A stretch of 64,000 nucleotides of DNA, taken from contig OX638351.1 of the NCBI GenBank assembly GCA_951813565.1, forward strand, positions 5,088,001-5,152,000, given 5' to 3'. Positions 29,172 to 40,404 of this stretch are shown piece by piece. The stretch comes from an uncultured Poribacteria bacterium (GTDB lineage Bacteria; Poribacteria; WGA-4E; WGA-3G). Under the pieces are notes generated by a model that saw nothing but the letters and a program-made list of their open reading frames with translations, had not been told where the DNA came from and searched no databases. The translations under genes and the position numbers were made by a program. The first letter of the stretch is position 1. Each line of letters opens with the position of its first letter.

Positions 29172-31097
29172 ATGAAAAATCATACACAACCGCATCAAGA
29201 CAAAAAACAAAAAAATAACCAACAAAACCACGTCGTTGAGCTGGAACGCAGCATGCATGAGAGAATGCTGAAATTGCTTGACAGAAGATTGCACAGAATT
29301 GAACAGGATCCAGACACCGACGAGAACGACAAAAAACTGACAATATGCATAGACGACTACGCCAAACTTATACGCGCAAAAAACACAAAAATGAAACGCG
29401 ACAACATCGAACAACGAGGATACGACACAAACGCACAACTCACAGATAGGAAATATAAAGAAAAACAAAAGGCAAAACATAACGCAAAGTTCCCAGAAAC
29501 CAGTGCATCACAGCACAACTCTGCACTGAACGAGCAGCCAGAACAATCCGACAATGCCGAACAGACCGACGAAATAGAACAACCTGATGAAGAACCCCAT
29601 CAACTCACACATCTACATCCTGATATGGAGCAGTATCAAGCCGTTCTCCCCGAGTCGGAGGACAAAAACGACACCAGGAGGTGCAATCTCCGACTCGCGA
29701 CTGCCAGCAAACAACCAACACCCAAACAAAAACCACCCATCATAGAATACAACCCGAACGGATTCCGTCCACACGGGCAGATGCAAGACCTATTCAAATC
29801 ACACGCAAACATAAAAATAGCTGGCGGCACCTACGATGCTGGCAAAACATATAGTTGCGTCGCATACATAGACCAGTTAGCAAGGACATATCCCGGCGCA
29901 CGACTCACCTTCGTCCATCGCAGCCTCAACAGAGTATATCGCAACATCATTCCAACTTACGAAAAATATCTCGGATTCCGACCCAGAAGTCGCGCCGACC
30001 CGAATACCACACCCATCACACGATACGGCGGCGAACATCCCGACTTCTTTGAATACTGGAACGGCACTCGCATCTACATGAACGGATTAGACAAACCGCA
30101 GAACTTGCTATCCGACTTCTTTGATGCAGCCTTCGTCAACCAAGCAGAACTCGTATCCTTTGATACATGGGACGAACTCACCGCACGAGTATCCGAACGC
30201 GCAGGCACACTGCCAATCGCTTTCCTACTCGGAGATTGTAATCCCAGCACACCGAACCACTGGATTCGGCAGCAGACAAAAGCCGGAAAACTCGCATATT
30301 TCGAGATGACATTCAGAGACAATCCCGAAATATACAATCAACAAACAGGCGAGCTAACCGAAAAAGGCAAGCGCCGTGTTGAAAGGTTACAAAATCTTGA
30401 AGGTTTGCGATACAAACGCGGATACGAAGGCAAATGGGCATCGGGAGAAGGACTCGTATTTGACACATTTCTGCCTGAAGTGCATGTCATCGACAACTTC
30501 ACCATCTCAACCAAATGGGAACGTTATATCAGTATCGACTGGGGATTTCGTAATCCATCTTGCTGTATATGGTGGGCACGGTCACCAGATGACCGCATCT
30601 ATGCATACAAAGAGATATACAAAACGAAACTCACAAAACCCGATTTCATACGGATGATAAAAGCAAATTGTGACGCTTCAGACCGCATCCGATATGCAGC
30701 CGTAGATAGCGCGGATCAGGATGCCGTTGAGCAGCTACAACGCGCCGGTTTCCGTGTCAACCAACCCAAAAAATCGCGTACCACACAAATTGACGCTATC
30801 AAGGAACGGTTAAAAGTAGACAGAACGGGCGCACCTGCAATCTTTTTCCTGCGAGACAGACTTGTACATCCGCCAGATCAAGATTTGAAGGACACATATC
30901 GTCCCCTTGAAGTCACAGATGAGTTCTTGAGTTGTACTTATGATGAAAATATGCGTGGCACAAACAAAGATGACGAGGCAATCAAAGGCGATAACCACGG
31001 CATAGATAGCACCGCATATTTGATATTGAGTCTACAAGGCGGGCAACGTCTCGGCAGTGGACGCGTCCTCCATGCAAGTGTGCAGATACGGTCATAG
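29172..31097 (+). CDS. Phage terminase large subunit-like protein with N-terminal extension (orphan)
   Basis: Walker A GGTYDAGKT, Walker B-like AAFVNQAE, coupling motif GDCNP, nuclease motifs SIDWGFRNP and NHGIDSTAY. Confidence 0.85.
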   Translation: MKNHTQPHQDKKQKNNQQNHVVELERSMHERMLKLLDRRLHRIEQDPDTDENDKKLTICIDDYAKLIRAKNTKMKRDNIEQRGYDTNAQLTDRKYKEKQKAKHNAKFPETSASQHNSALNEQPEQSDNAEQTDEIEQPDEEPHQLTHLHPDMEQYQAVLPESEDKNDTRRCNLRLATASKQPTPKQKPPIIEYNPNGFRPHGQMQDLFKSHANIKIAGGTYDAGKTYSCVAYIDQLARTYPGARLTFVHRSLNRVYRNIIPTYEKYLGFRPRSRADPNTTPITRYGGEHPDFFEYWNGTRIYMNGLDKPQNLLSDFFDAAFVNQAELVSFDTWDELTARVSERAGTLPIAFLLGDCNPSTPNHWIRQQTKAGKLAYFEMTFRDNPEIYNQQTGELTEKGKRRVERLQNLEGLRYKRGYEGKWASGEGLVFDTFLPEVHVIDNFTISTKWERYISIDWGFRNPSCCIWWARSPDDRIYAYKEIYKTKLTKPDFIRMIKANCDASDRIRYAAVDSADQDAVEQLQRAGFRVNQPKKSRTTQIDAIKERLKVDRTGAPAIFFLRDRLVHPPDQDLKDTYRPLEVTDEFLSCTYDENMRGTNKDDEAIKGDNHGIDSTAYLILSLQGGQRLGSGRVLHASVQIRS

Positions 31098-31182
31098 GTA
31101 CCCACTACCTAAAGGTAGGGGCTTGTGCTTCCTTGCGACTGCGGTTTTCGCTTAGCGTCCACCGTCTTAGTGTCGCTCCACT

Positions 31183-32295
31183 TTAGGCAGCCAAGCCTGC
31201 CTGTTTGATATTGATAGCAGCGTTGGTGTCTCGGTCGTGGTGTGAACCACATTTGGGGCATGTCCACTGCCTATCAGAAAGAGAGAGTTCTTTGTTATGG
31301 TATCCACAATCACTACAAGGTTTTGTTGTTGCTATCCATTGAGAGATTTGGACAAGTTTTTTGCCGTGTTTGGCACACTTCTGTTCCAATATCTGAAGAA
31401 ACTGGTAGAAAGAATGGTCAGAAACTTTACGTCCCCAAAGCCGTTTCATACCGTCAAGGTTCAGGGTTTCCAAAATGAGTGTGTCAAACTCTACACAAAG
31501 TTTTGAGGCAAGTTTCCATTGCCAATCTTCTCTTTGTCGGGCAATTTTTCTGTGTTGCCTTGCCAAAGCACGGCACGCACGATAATAGTTGTTAGAACCT
31601 TTGACTTTACGACTGAGTGCTTTGTTGAGAGATCGCAACGTGTTGAGTGATTGTTTGAAAAACTGCGGGGATTCTATTGTGTCCCCTTCGTCGCTTGTGA
31701 GGAATGTTTTGTTTCCGTAATCAAATCCTGCGCTCTTACCCGTCTTGGGTTTGGGTTCGGAATCGTCAACATTCTCGCACGAAAAGCATATCCAATAGTC
31801 ACCGCACCTATCGCGTTTGATTGTGATCGTCTTGATGACACCTTTGATTTCACGGTGTTTGTGAAAGGAAAACCATGTGTCTATACAGTTGATTTTGATA
31901 CGGTTCCCTTCAAGTTTGTAGCCCGCTTGTGTGAAGGTCATGGCGTTGTATTTGTGGCGGGGTTTGATTTTCGGTCTACCCACTTTACGCGTTGTTTTAC
32001 CTGATTTGCGGCTTGCTATATTTTGGAAAAATGCGTCTTGTGATTTACCATAACGTAGGACAACGTCTTGCACAACTTGACTTGGCAAGTCCGCCCAGTG
32101 TGGTTTAGTTGTTTTTTTGAGTTTCGCAACATGTGCCTTCAGACGATACGCAGACAAATTTTTGCCGAACATGCGATAATACCTACGTGCCAAACGCATG
32201 ATATGCACATGGATTTCCCACATATCATCAAGCATATTGCCGAGTTTGATTGTGTTCTTTTGGTTTTGTCCCTTATATTTATAGGTTTTTCTCAT
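31183..32295 (-). CDS. tnpB: RNA-guided endonuclease TnpB
   Basis: RuvC-I GFDYG, RuvC-II ILETL, Zn finger CSDC/CPKC, RuvC-III DRDTNAAINI all present. Confidence 0.95.
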   Translation of the reverse strand: MRKTYKYKGQNQKNTIKLGNMLDDMWEIHVHIMRLARRYYRMFGKNLSAYRLKAHVAKLKKTTKPHWADLPSQVVQDVVLRYGKSQDAFFQNIASRKSGKTTRKVGRPKIKPRHKYNAMTFTQAGYKLEGNRIKINCIDTWFSFHKHREIKGVIKTITIKRDRCGDYWICFSCENVDDSEPKPKTGKSAGFDYGNKTFLTSDEGDTIESPQFFKQSLNTLRSLNKALSRKVKGSNNYYRACRALARQHRKIARQREDWQWKLASKLCVEFDTLILETLNLDGMKRLWGRKVSDHSFYQFLQILEQKCAKHGKKLVQISQWIATTKPCSDCGYHNKELSLSDRQWTCPKCGSHHDRDTNAAINIKQAGLAA

Positions 32296-32379
32296 GATAT
32301 GCCGTTTCTGTGAAGAGCCCGTTTCCCATTGTAGTGGTGTGGCAGCTGCTACAACAACTACCACTGAAACGGTCTAATT

Positions 32380-32408
32380 AGTATATCATGGTTTCATTTC
32401 AATGTCAA
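32380..32408 (-). promoter_or_regulatory. Sigma70 promoter of tnpB
   Basis: TTGACA-17-TATACT on the minus strand inside the left end. Confidence 0.7.
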
Positions 32409-32638
32409 GGGTTTTGCCCGTCTACATCCCACAAGCTAAAGCATCGGGATTTGACGGGAAGAGCGTTAAACTCTTCGTAGGTTGGGTAGAGCTTGCGAAA
32501 CCCAACAGGGCTAAACTACCCTCGGTAGGCGCGTATTGTAAACGCGCCGTTTCACAAAATGCACCAAAAAATAAAAATTTATACAATTTACTTGACAAAT
32601 TTATTTTAAATAATATATGATAGAATTAACCTTAAATA

Positions 32639-32844
32639 ACGAGTTGTGCTAAATAACCATTTGTAGAACTTTATTTCACAAAAGAAAATGTTCGTAAGTC
32701 ATTATCATATATTTATATGTTCTTCAGTCCCGACAAATGCCATAAGCGCATTTGGCGTTGATTTGGTAGGGACGATATGTTTATAGCATAAATGCAAATA
32801 TATGTGAAAACCAACAAAACAAAATGTTAACTGGCACAAGTCGT
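32639..32844. mobile_element. MITE family G copy
   Basis: Imperfect TIR ACGAGTTGTGCTAAATAAC / GTTAACTGGCACAAGTCGT; flanking TTAAATA duplication; relatives at ~8008 and 54523-54745. Confidence 0.7.
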
Positions 32845-32881
32845 TTAAATAAATTGAACACATAGATAAGTTTTCTATTTT

Positions 32882-34399
32882 ATGACATCAAACAAAAAAA
32901 GCATCCGTTTGTGGCCCCTATTCATCATCGTTATTCTCACCGTTTTAGCGTTCGGATTAGTGTGGTCATTGGATGCGGGTCATCGCCAAGACAAAGTGGC
33001 ACTAACGGTTTTACTACTCATCATAACGGTTTTTCTTAGTCTAGTATGGTTGTTATGCCTTTCCCGCTTGGCATGGCGAGTTAAATTCTTATCTTTTGGT
33101 GTCATCCTTTTGTGCATCGCTGCGTTTGTAACCCTATTCCGATTTGATGGGTTCAGTGGTGACCTTGCCCCGAAATTTGAGTGGCGGTGGCGGGCGGAAC
33201 CTGAGAGTTATGTGGCATTAGCCGAGGTGCAGACCACACCAGCTGCAGAACTTCAAACGGATTTTCCACAGTTCCTCGGACCGGACAGGAATGCTATAAT
33301 CACCAGTATAAAACTCAACACGGATTGGAAGAATAATCCGCCAGAATTAGTGTGGAAACAACCTATTGGTGCTGGATGGTCAGGTTTTGCTGTTGTAGAC
33401 AACGCTGCGATTACACAGGAACAAGAAGACGAATGGGAAAAGGTTGTCTGCTATGACTTACACAACGGCAAAGAAAAGTGGACACACAGAGATAGGGCAA
33501 GGTATTATACGGCACTTGGTCAACTCGGTCCACGGGCAACACCAACTATTGACGGTGACCTTGTCTATACTGTCGGAGGCACAGGTATCCTAAACTGTTT
33601 GGATTTTGAAACAGGTAAACAGATTTGGTCAACAAATATCTTTGAGGAAAACGGAGCAAACACGCCGCCTTGGGGCGTGAGTATTTCACCGCTTGTTCTT
33701 GATGAACTCGTTATTGTGAGTGCTGGTGGCGCGGTAGCTTATCACAAAGATACTGGCGATATTGCATGGACAGGACATAGACATCGGAGCGGATACAGTT
33801 CTCCCGTACTTCTAACCTTGGCAGGGACTGAGCAGGTTGTGTTATTTAACAACGGTCTTGTCACATCTCATGAACCTGCTACCGGCGAACTCCTATGGAA
33901 ACAGCCGTGGCCAGCCGTAGAATGTGCTGCACAACCGACCCCGCTTCCGGGAAATAAACTGCTCGTTTCTACCGCTTACGGTATCGGTGCTAAATTATTT
34001 CAGATTTCAAGAAGTAACCCATCACAAGAATTCAACGTTAATTTGCTATGGGAAACTACATACTTCAAAGCCAAATTCACTACGATAATTTATTACGAAG
34101 GCTATTTATACGGTCTTGATGATGGAATATTCGCTTGCATCAACCCTGCAGATGGGACGCGTCAGTGGAAACGCGGTCGTTATGGTCACGGACAGACAAT
34201 TTTAATATCAGATGTCTTGTTGGTGCTTACTGAATCTGGTGACATTATTCTTTTAGAACCGAATCCAGAGGCACATAAAGAACTTGCGCGATTCCCCGCG
34301 TTAGAAGGACAGACATGGAATAACCCGGCACTCGTTGGTAATTACCTGCTCGTTCGTAACAGTCGAGAAGCAGCCTGTTACCGGTTACCTATAAAATAA
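32882..34399 (+). CDS. Membrane-anchored PQQ-like beta-propeller protein (BamB-like)
   Basis: Three N-terminal TM helices; FPQFLGPDRN, GPRATP, SGYSSP, TWNNPAL. Confidence 0.85.
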   Translation: MTSNKKSIRLWPLFIIVILTVLAFGLVWSLDAGHRQDKVALTVLLLIITVFLSLVWLLCLSRLAWRVKFLSFGVILLCIAAFVTLFRFDGFSGDLAPKFEWRWRAEPESYVALAEVQTTPAAELQTDFPQFLGPDRNAIITSIKLNTDWKNNPPELVWKQPIGAGWSGFAVVDNAAITQEQEDEWEKVVCYDLHNGKEKWTHRDRARYYTALGQLGPRATPTIDGDLVYTVGGTGILNCLDFETGKQIWSTNIFEENGANTPPWGVSISPLVLDELVIVSAGGAVAYHKDTGDIAWTGHRHRSGYSSPVLLTLAGTEQVVLFNNGLVTSHEPATGELLWKQPWPAVECAAQPTPLPGNKLLVSTAYGIGAKLFQISRSNPSQEFNVNLLWETTYFKAKFTTIIYYEGYLYGLDDGIFACINPADGTRQWKRGRYGHGQTILISDVLLVLTESGDIILLEPNPEAHKELARFPALEGQTWNNPALVGNYLLVRNSREAACYRLPIK

Positions 34400-34498
34400 A
34401 AAGGTTTCAGGTCAACAGCATCACGACAATACTTCAAAAGTTATTATACCCCACATTTATCGGGGACATTTTATATAAAAAGAGGAAGACAAATACTA

Positions 34499-35404
34499 AT
34501 GAAAGCATATCTTAACAATCTCTTCAAATTATCGGTTTGCTGTGGATTTGCCGTCTTACTCTGCGGAGCCACAGTAATTTATGCAGCTGCTTACGATCCT
34601 TCAATAGATTCTCCACTTGAACAAAATATTGACGGCTTTGTCAAACAATTCCGTCGTAAAGGACCTTTGGCTTCAACTGATAGAACCAGTTTTGTTGTTT
34701 ACGATATCTCAACGGGAAAGAAATTGGTTTCTATCAACGAAGATACGCCGAGAATGGCTGCTTCGTTAATAAAAAACTTTGTGATGCTTGCATATTTTCA
34801 CGAAGTGAAGCAGAAACGCTTACTGCATACAGATAAAAATCGTTATCATTTAAAGCGGATGATTCAAGCCAGCTCAAATACTTCAACTAACTATTTTATT
34901 CGCTTGATAGGGGGACCGTATGCTGTAAATCGTCGATTGAAAGCCAACTATCCTTACTTCGAACAGACTAAAATTGTTGAATATATTCCCTCAAATGGGC
35001 GCACTTATCGTAATCTGACGAGCGCACATGATCTGAACAAATTCTATGTGCAATTATGGCATGATAACCTTCCACACTCCACTAAAATGAAGTATTACCT
35101 TGAACTTCAGAACGGAGATTATATATACAAAAAAACCCGTATACCTGCATCGGTAAAGGTTTACAATAAAACTGGGACTGTTTACGGACTGATAGGAGAT
35201 AGCGGAATTTTAGTCATGCGTGATCCGCAGGGAAAACTTCGCCCTTATGTCTTTACTGGACTGATAGAAGATAAAAGCAAAACAAGCACACGAAGACGGC
35301 GTATCTCCTTCGGTGCTTGGGTTGGTCAGCGGGCGAATATCCTGCGTCGTGTTTCAGAAAAAGCTTACGGCTACATTTATAAAAGCTACGGTGGACGGTG
35401 GTAG
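34499..35404 (+). CDS. Class A beta-lactamase-like serine hydrolase
   Basis: SxxK (ASLIK), SxN (SSN), KTG; signal peptide. Confidence 0.82.
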   Translation: MKAYLNNLFKLSVCCGFAVLLCGATVIYAAAYDPSIDSPLEQNIDGFVKQFRRKGPLASTDRTSFVVYDISTGKKLVSINEDTPRMAASLIKNFVMLAYFHEVKQKRLLHTDKNRYHLKRMIQASSNTSTNYFIRLIGGPYAVNRRLKANYPYFEQTKIVEYIPSNGRTYRNLTSAHDLNKFYVQLWHDNLPHSTKMKYYLELQNGDYIYKKTRIPASVKVYNKTGTVYGLIGDSGILVMRDPQGKLRPYVFTGLIEDKSKTSTRRRRISFGAWVGQRANILRRVSEKAYGYIYKSYGGRW

Positions 35405-35440
35405 TTTTATCGCTCGCAAATTGTTTATTCAAGGAACGTC

Positions 35441-36079
35441 ATGGCATCTGTTGTTAACATCGGTAGGCGAATCGAACTCGTCCCGATAGATCCGCATTTC
35501 AACGATATTACGATAGCACTCTACCGCCAACAACACGGTGAGCGCGCTGTTTTCCGTGTGCATACCTACAGTCGTATTGAAGGTGCTGCTACGCGAATTG
35601 AAGATGTCGTGCAGTCAATGAAAATATTAGGTGGCATGCTGGAAACTTCGGATGGAATGCTCTATTTCTCTTGTGGTGAAAAACATGAAGCAGCATGTCG
35701 GCGTGTATTTTTAGAGGCATGCAAACTTCCCTCAAACACATCTGCCGAACCACGCCCGTTGAGGACGCTGGATAAAAAATCTAAGTTAACCATTACCGTC
35801 GATTCTGTAGGAAACGGTACCTACCGTGTTAATTCAAATGGTGAAGGTCGTAGAGTTGAACGGCGAGTTTCTGCGATTGCTGGGGGTTTAATCAAATTGG
35901 GTGAAATGGAAGCTGCTCAGGAAGATGAAGATGATTCTGTCGCCTTCCCATGTGGGCAGTCGCACGACGCCCTTGTCGGTCTGTTATTAGTCCGTGCGCC
36001 AAATGTCCGAGTCATCATGCGTGAAGAAGAAGCGGGTGCTGCGCGCGGTGTGTTATCTGCACCAAGTCAGCAAACATGA
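35441..36079 (+). CDS. Hypothetical protein with duplicated F-x-C-G-x-x-H motif
   Basis: Long ORF within the operon; FSCGEKH and FPCGQSH repeats. Confidence 0.7.
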   Translation: MASVVNIGRRIELVPIDPHFNDITIALYRQQHGERAVFRVHTYSRIEGAATRIEDVVQSMKILGGMLETSDGMLYFSCGEKHEAACRRVFLEACKLPSNTSAEPRPLRTLDKKSKLTITVDSVGNGTYRVNSNGEGRRVERRVSAIAGGLIKLGEMEAAQEDEDDSVAFPCGQSHDALVGLLLVRAPNVRVIMREEEAGAARGVLSAPSQQT

Positions 36080-36090
36080 GGTAATCCATA

Positions 36091-37140
36091 GTGCAAAATA
36101 AAAAAAAACAGGTTGTTAAACCGATGTCCGGACGCGAACGTGTTCTCGCCGCCCTCCGAAACGAACCCACTGACCGCACCCCTATTTGCAATCCTACCTC
36201 TGTTGCCACCGTCGAATTGATGGACTTGGTAGACGCACCCTTTCCGCAGGCAAATCGTGAACCAGAACTGATGGCGAGACTTGCTGCGACTGGCTATACC
36301 GAACTCGGATTTGACACGATTATGCCAGTGTTCACGATCATCCAAGAATCAAGTGCACTCGGCTGCAAAATCCAGTGGGAGCAGAAAGATAACTGGCCGA
36401 CCGTCAAGATGCGTGAACCGATTTGGGAAGACGTTGACGACATTACTATTCCCAGCGATTTCTTAACGCATCCCGATACCCAATGTGTGCTTGAAGCCAT
36501 TAAGATTCTGAAGAAAGAATATGGTGACGAAGTCGCTGTAATCGGAAAGACGATGGGACCCTGGTCGCTTGGGTACCACTGCTTCGGTGTTGAACCTTTT
36601 CTATTATTGTCGCTTGATGATCCGGGAAAAACAAAACTTGCTTTAGATCGAATGAAGGAAGCCACTGTGCAATTCGGTATTGCACAAATAGAAGCAGGGG
36701 CGGATGCACTCACACTGCCCGACCATGCAACGGGCGACCTCGTAAGCGGTGAGTACTACCAACGTTATCTTCGCGACCTGCATATTGAATTTGTGGAACG
36801 GATTCCTATTCCTCTTATCCTACATATTTGCGGACGCACTGTAGACCGGATGGAGTACATCGCGCAAACTGGCATGGCAGCGTTCCATTACGACTCCAAA
36901 AATGAACCGCAAGAATCGATGGATATTGTACAGAAGCGTATCGCGCTGGTTGGTAATATCAACAATCCTGAAACACTCTTCGCTAAAGAACCGGAAGATG
37001 TTAAAGCAGAAGTGGTAAAAAACCTTGAGGCAGGTGTCCCGTTGATTGGTCCTGAGTGTGCAATTCCCCTCCAAACAACAATCGAAAACCTGCAAGAAAT
37101 TCCAAAAGCGGTTCAGGAATGGCATAAAGCGCAGCCATAA
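36091..37140 (+). CDS. MtaA/CmuA-like methyltransferase (uroporphyrinogen decarboxylase fold)
   Basis: LHICG Zn motif, LVGNI, GPECAIP. Confidence 0.88.
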   Translation: MQNKKKQVVKPMSGRERVLAALRNEPTDRTPICNPTSVATVELMDLVDAPFPQANREPELMARLAATGYTELGFDTIMPVFTIIQESSALGCKIQWEQKDNWPTVKMREPIWEDVDDITIPSDFLTHPDTQCVLEAIKILKKEYGDEVAVIGKTMGPWSLGYHCFGVEPFLLLSLDDPGKTKLALDRMKEATVQFGIAQIEAGADALTLPDHATGDLVSGEYYQRYLRDLHIEFVERIPIPLILHICGRTVDRMEYIAQTGMAAFHYDSKNEPQESMDIVQKRIALVGNINNPETLFAKEPEDVKAEVVKNLEAGVPLIGPECAIPLQTTIENLQEIPKAVQEWHKAQP

Positions 37141-37210
37141 TCCACAGATTGTTGCTACGCCCTTGAAAATCTGCCAAATAAGTCTACCATAATCCGCAAC
37201 ATCCTGACGG

Positions 37211-38257
37211 TTAAATCGCAAGTTCAGACAACTTAACAGCCCGTCCCCCATCTTCTGCTGATTGGTCAGCAGCAAAGACAATACGGTGCGTTTCAAAGGC
37301 AGTATCAAAATCGGTCAGCGGCATCGGTTCGTTTCGTCCAATGCTATCTATGAATGCTTGGAACTGCGGTTCATACGGATGGTCACTTACATCACCAGAG
37401 TCGATGAGCGAAGTTTCAAGATTGCTCCATTTGCTTTTGTCCATGCCTTTAATTTTGGCTGAATAGATACGATTGTCAAGCAGACTCCCTTCACTTCCAA
37501 CAAGGTGAATGTGGAAATAGTAGGGCTGCAAACAATCTACACAAGAGGTGACCTTGCCGATTTTCTGTCCATCTTCAAACTTAAGAAGGCTTACACTGGT
37601 TGTTTTATATTCGTAAGGTTGGAATGCTTCACCACTAGATTGGGTGTGATAGCTGGTGACCTCCTCAACATTGCCATCCATAAAAAAGAGAAGTGCGTCA
37701 AGTGCATGGCATCCCGCAGTGAGTAAAGTGCTACCGCCAAAGTTCTTTTTGATGTTCCATTCATATTGCCCGTACCAAGGTCCGATGCCGTGATAATAAT
37801 CCACCTCTGCATAATGAAGTTCTCCGAGCAATCCGTTGTCAATTACAGAGCGGATCATTGTAAAATGAGCACTGTAGCGGCACTCAAAACAGACACATAC
37901 GTTGACGCCAGTGGTTTTTACGGCATCACGGATAGCTAAGGCATCTTCGTAAGTCAGGCAGATCGGTTTTTCTATGATGAGATGTTTTCCTGCTTTCGCT
38001 GCAGCGATTGCTTGTTCCGCGTGAAAAGGATGTGGTGTGCAAATATCTATGATATGAATATCTGGGTCAGCGAGCATCTTTTCATAGTCAGTGTATGCCT
38101 TAAGCGGTGTTCCATAGGTATCCGCCAAAACAGATTCATCATGTTCACGACGTGAACAGATAGCGGTGACATCTGATCCAGTGACTGCTTTAAAGGCTTC
38201 AATATGCGCGCCTGCGACCCAACCGAGACCGACAATTCCAACGTTTAGGTTACCCAT
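37211..38257 (-). CDS. Gfo/Idh/MocA family oxidoreductase
   Basis: GLGWVA, EKP, AGCHALD. Confidence 0.92.
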   Translation of the reverse strand: MGNLNVGIVGLGWVAGAHIEAFKAVTGSDVTAICSRREHDESVLADTYGTPLKAYTDYEKMLADPDIHIIDICTPHPFHAEQAIAAAKAGKHLIIEKPICLTYEDALAIRDAVKTTGVNVCVCFECRYSAHFTMIRSVIDNGLLGELHYAEVDYYHGIGPWYGQYEWNIKKNFGGSTLLTAGCHALDALLFFMDGNVEEVTSYHTQSSGEAFQPYEYKTTSVSLLKFEDGQKIGKVTSCVDCLQPYYFHIHLVGSEGSLLDNRIYSAKIKGMDKSKWSNLETSLIDSGDVSDHPYEPQFQAFIDSIGRNEPMPLTDFDTAFETHRIVFAADQSAEDGGRAVKLSELAI

Positions 38258-38397
38258 TTAAAAACTCCTTTTTTTAATGGTTTCAGATATTTTAGCACAG
38301 TTACGGAATTTATTAAGTAAAAATCTGTTGATATAATTTTAGTCTTTTTTTACAATGTTGATAGTGCCATTTGTTTTATAAAAATGCTAAAAATATT

Positions 38398-38426
38398 TTG
38401 ACATGAAAGAGAGAATATGCTATAAT
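38398..38426 (+). promoter_or_regulatory. Consensus sigma70 promoter of guaB
   Basis: TTGACA-17-TATAAT with extended -10 TG. Confidence 0.8.
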
Positions 38427-38503
38427 ACATTACAATTGGCGAGACGTGTTTTTTAGGGAACATTAGTAAATCTTCTTACCCACCTCAATCTGCCTTAAAG
38501 GAG

Positions 38504-40015
38504 ATGATTCCGATGGACACCAAAATTTCCGATGACTTCCCCCCGAAGTTTGAAAAAGAAGGGTTAACTTTCGACGATGTTTTGCTCATTCCTGCGGAAT
38601 CGAGTGTGCTGCCGGATGACGTTGATACAAGCACGCAGTTGACGCGGAATCTTCGGCTTAATATTCCTATCTGCAGTGCCCCGATGGATACCGTCACTGA
38701 ATCTACCCTTGCTATTGCAATTGCGCGGGAGGGTGGTATCGGAATAATTCACTACAACTGTTCTATTGAAGAGCAAGTATCTGAAGTTGATCAGGTGAAA
38801 CGTTCTGAAAGTGGGATGATAAGCGATCCGATTACGTTAACAGCTGATAAAACGATCCGTGATGCGCTTGAAATAACAGCGCGTTACCGCATCGGCGGTG
38901 TGCCTATTGTAACCGAAGACGGTTACCTTGTCGGTTTGATTACCAACCGGGATCTCAAGTATGAAGACAATCTGGATATTCCTGTAACCGCTCGGATGAC
39001 ACCAGCTGACAAATTGATTACCGCATCCCCAGGCGTTACACTTGAAAACGCGAAACAGGTGCTTCACAAGCATAGGAAGGAAAAATTACCTATTATTGAT
39101 AGTGAATCCCGGCTATGTGGATTGATCACAATAAAAGATATAGATAAAGTGCAGATGTTTCCGCACTCCTGTAAAGATGAAACTGGCAGGTTACGGGTTG
39201 GTGCAGCGATTGTGCCATCAACCTCTTTGGAAAACGTTGAAATGTTGGTGAAAGCAGAAGTAGACGTACTTGTGTTAGACACCGCGCATGGTCATTCCAA
39301 AAATGTAGTTCGGTCAACAGAGTACATTAAATCAGAATTCCCGGATGTTGAACTTGTTGCTGGAAATGTTGTTACGCCTGAAGCGACGCGAAGTTTGATT
39401 GACGCTGGTGCTGATGCTGTGAAGGTTGGCGTCGGTCCAGGTTCTATTTGCACAACGCGCGTTGTAGCGGGTGTCAGTATTCCACAAATCACTGCGATTT
39501 ACGATTGCGCACAGGAAGCAGATAAAGCAGGTGTGCCGATTATTGCCGATGGCGGTATCCGTTATTCTGGTGATATTGCGAAAGCCATCGGTGCAGGGGC
39601 AAGTTCCGTGATGATTGGTAGTCTACTTGCTGGCACGGACGAAAGTCCGGGGTCTACAGTCATCTATCAGGGCAGAACTTATAAGATTCACCGCGGGATG
39701 GGTTCATTGGGGGCGCTGCGAAAACGAAACATTGAACTCGGAGAGCAAACGAGTGATGAAGAAATGGCGAAATTAGTACCTCGCGGTATTGAAGGCAGAG
39801 TTCCCCATAAAGGCAAACTGAGTAACTATGTTTATCAGTTAGTGGGTGGGATCCGATCTGCCATGGGATATTGCGGCACGCCTGAGATTGAGTCGTTACG
39901 CAGAGATGTCCAATTTGTTCGGATGTCAAGCAGCGGTTACCGAGAAAGTCATCCCCACGATATTGATATTACCGAGGAAGCCCCAAATTACACAGTCGCA
40001 AATCTAAATACATAA
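38504..40015 (+). CDS. guaB: IMP dehydrogenase
   Basis: [11 protein letters not shown] pair, GPGSICTTR catalytic Cys, IIADGGI. Confidence 0.98.
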   Translation: MIPMDTKISDDFPPKFEKEGLTFDDVLLIPAESSVLPDDVDTSTQLTRNLRLNIPICSAPMDTVTESTLAIAIAREGGIGIIHYNCSIEEQVSEVDQVKRSESGMISDPITLTADKTIRDALEITARYRIGGVPIVTEDGYLVGLITNRDLKYEDNLDIPVTARMTPADKLITASPGVTLENAKQVLHKHRKEKLPIIDSESRLCGLITIKDIDKVQMFPHSCKDETGRLRVGAAIVPSTSLENVEMLVKAEVDVLVLDTAHGHSKNVVRSTEYIKSEFPDVELVAGNVVTPEATRSLIDAGADAVKVGVGPGSICTTRVVAGVSIPQITAIYDCAQEADKAGVPIIADGGIRYSGDIAKAIGAGASSVMIGSLLAGTDESPGSTVIYQGRTYKIHRGMGSLGALRKRNIELGEQTSDEEMAKLVPRGIEGRVPHKGKLSNYVYQLVGGIRSAMGYCGTPEIESLRRDVQFVRMSSSGYRESHPHDIDITEEAPNYTVANLNT

Positions 40016-40133
40016 TGTTTGCTTGTACGAAAAACGTATAGATCATAGGATATAGGAGGCGCAATGAATTGCGCGACTACAAAAGGTGCAAATCCTTAGA
40101 TGAAGATGTGTAGTTGTTTTAAATTTCACTATA

Positions 40134-40290
40134 TAACCTAAGTTGCCACCTATTTCGCAAATGCTCTTGTAGGAGGGGTTTCTAACCCCGATTTAGAACA
40201 AAAAACATAAGAATCAGCGAAAAAGCCTTGTTTTTTCAGTAAAAAGCAGTGTTTGCTAACTTGAAATCTTGTCCGTAGCAACTTAGGTTA
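40134..40290. mobile_element. MITE family B copy
   Basis: Closely similar to 2480-2635; TATA flanks. Confidence 0.8.
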
Positions 40291-40404
40291 TATAGTAAAA
40301 CGATTAATGGGACACTTCTATTGTCCATTATCTTTCCAAGACAAGTTTAGCAAAGTGTCCCAATAATTTCAAAGTTCACTATAATTCAGAAAGGAATTCC
40401 GCTT

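Larger units (their letters stand above)
31091..32465 (-). mobile_element. IS200/IS605-family tnpB-only element (IS1341-like)
   Basis: Subterminal hairpins at both ends (CCCACTACCTAAAGGTAGGGG; ATCCCACAAGCTAAAGCATCGGGAT); right end TGAC; TTTAA before the left end; no TSD; no tnpA. Confidence 0.8.

Noticed and set aside
28200..32470. Prophage
   Set aside because: Only a terminase-like gene is present; no structural, integrase or lysis genes and no att sites were found.
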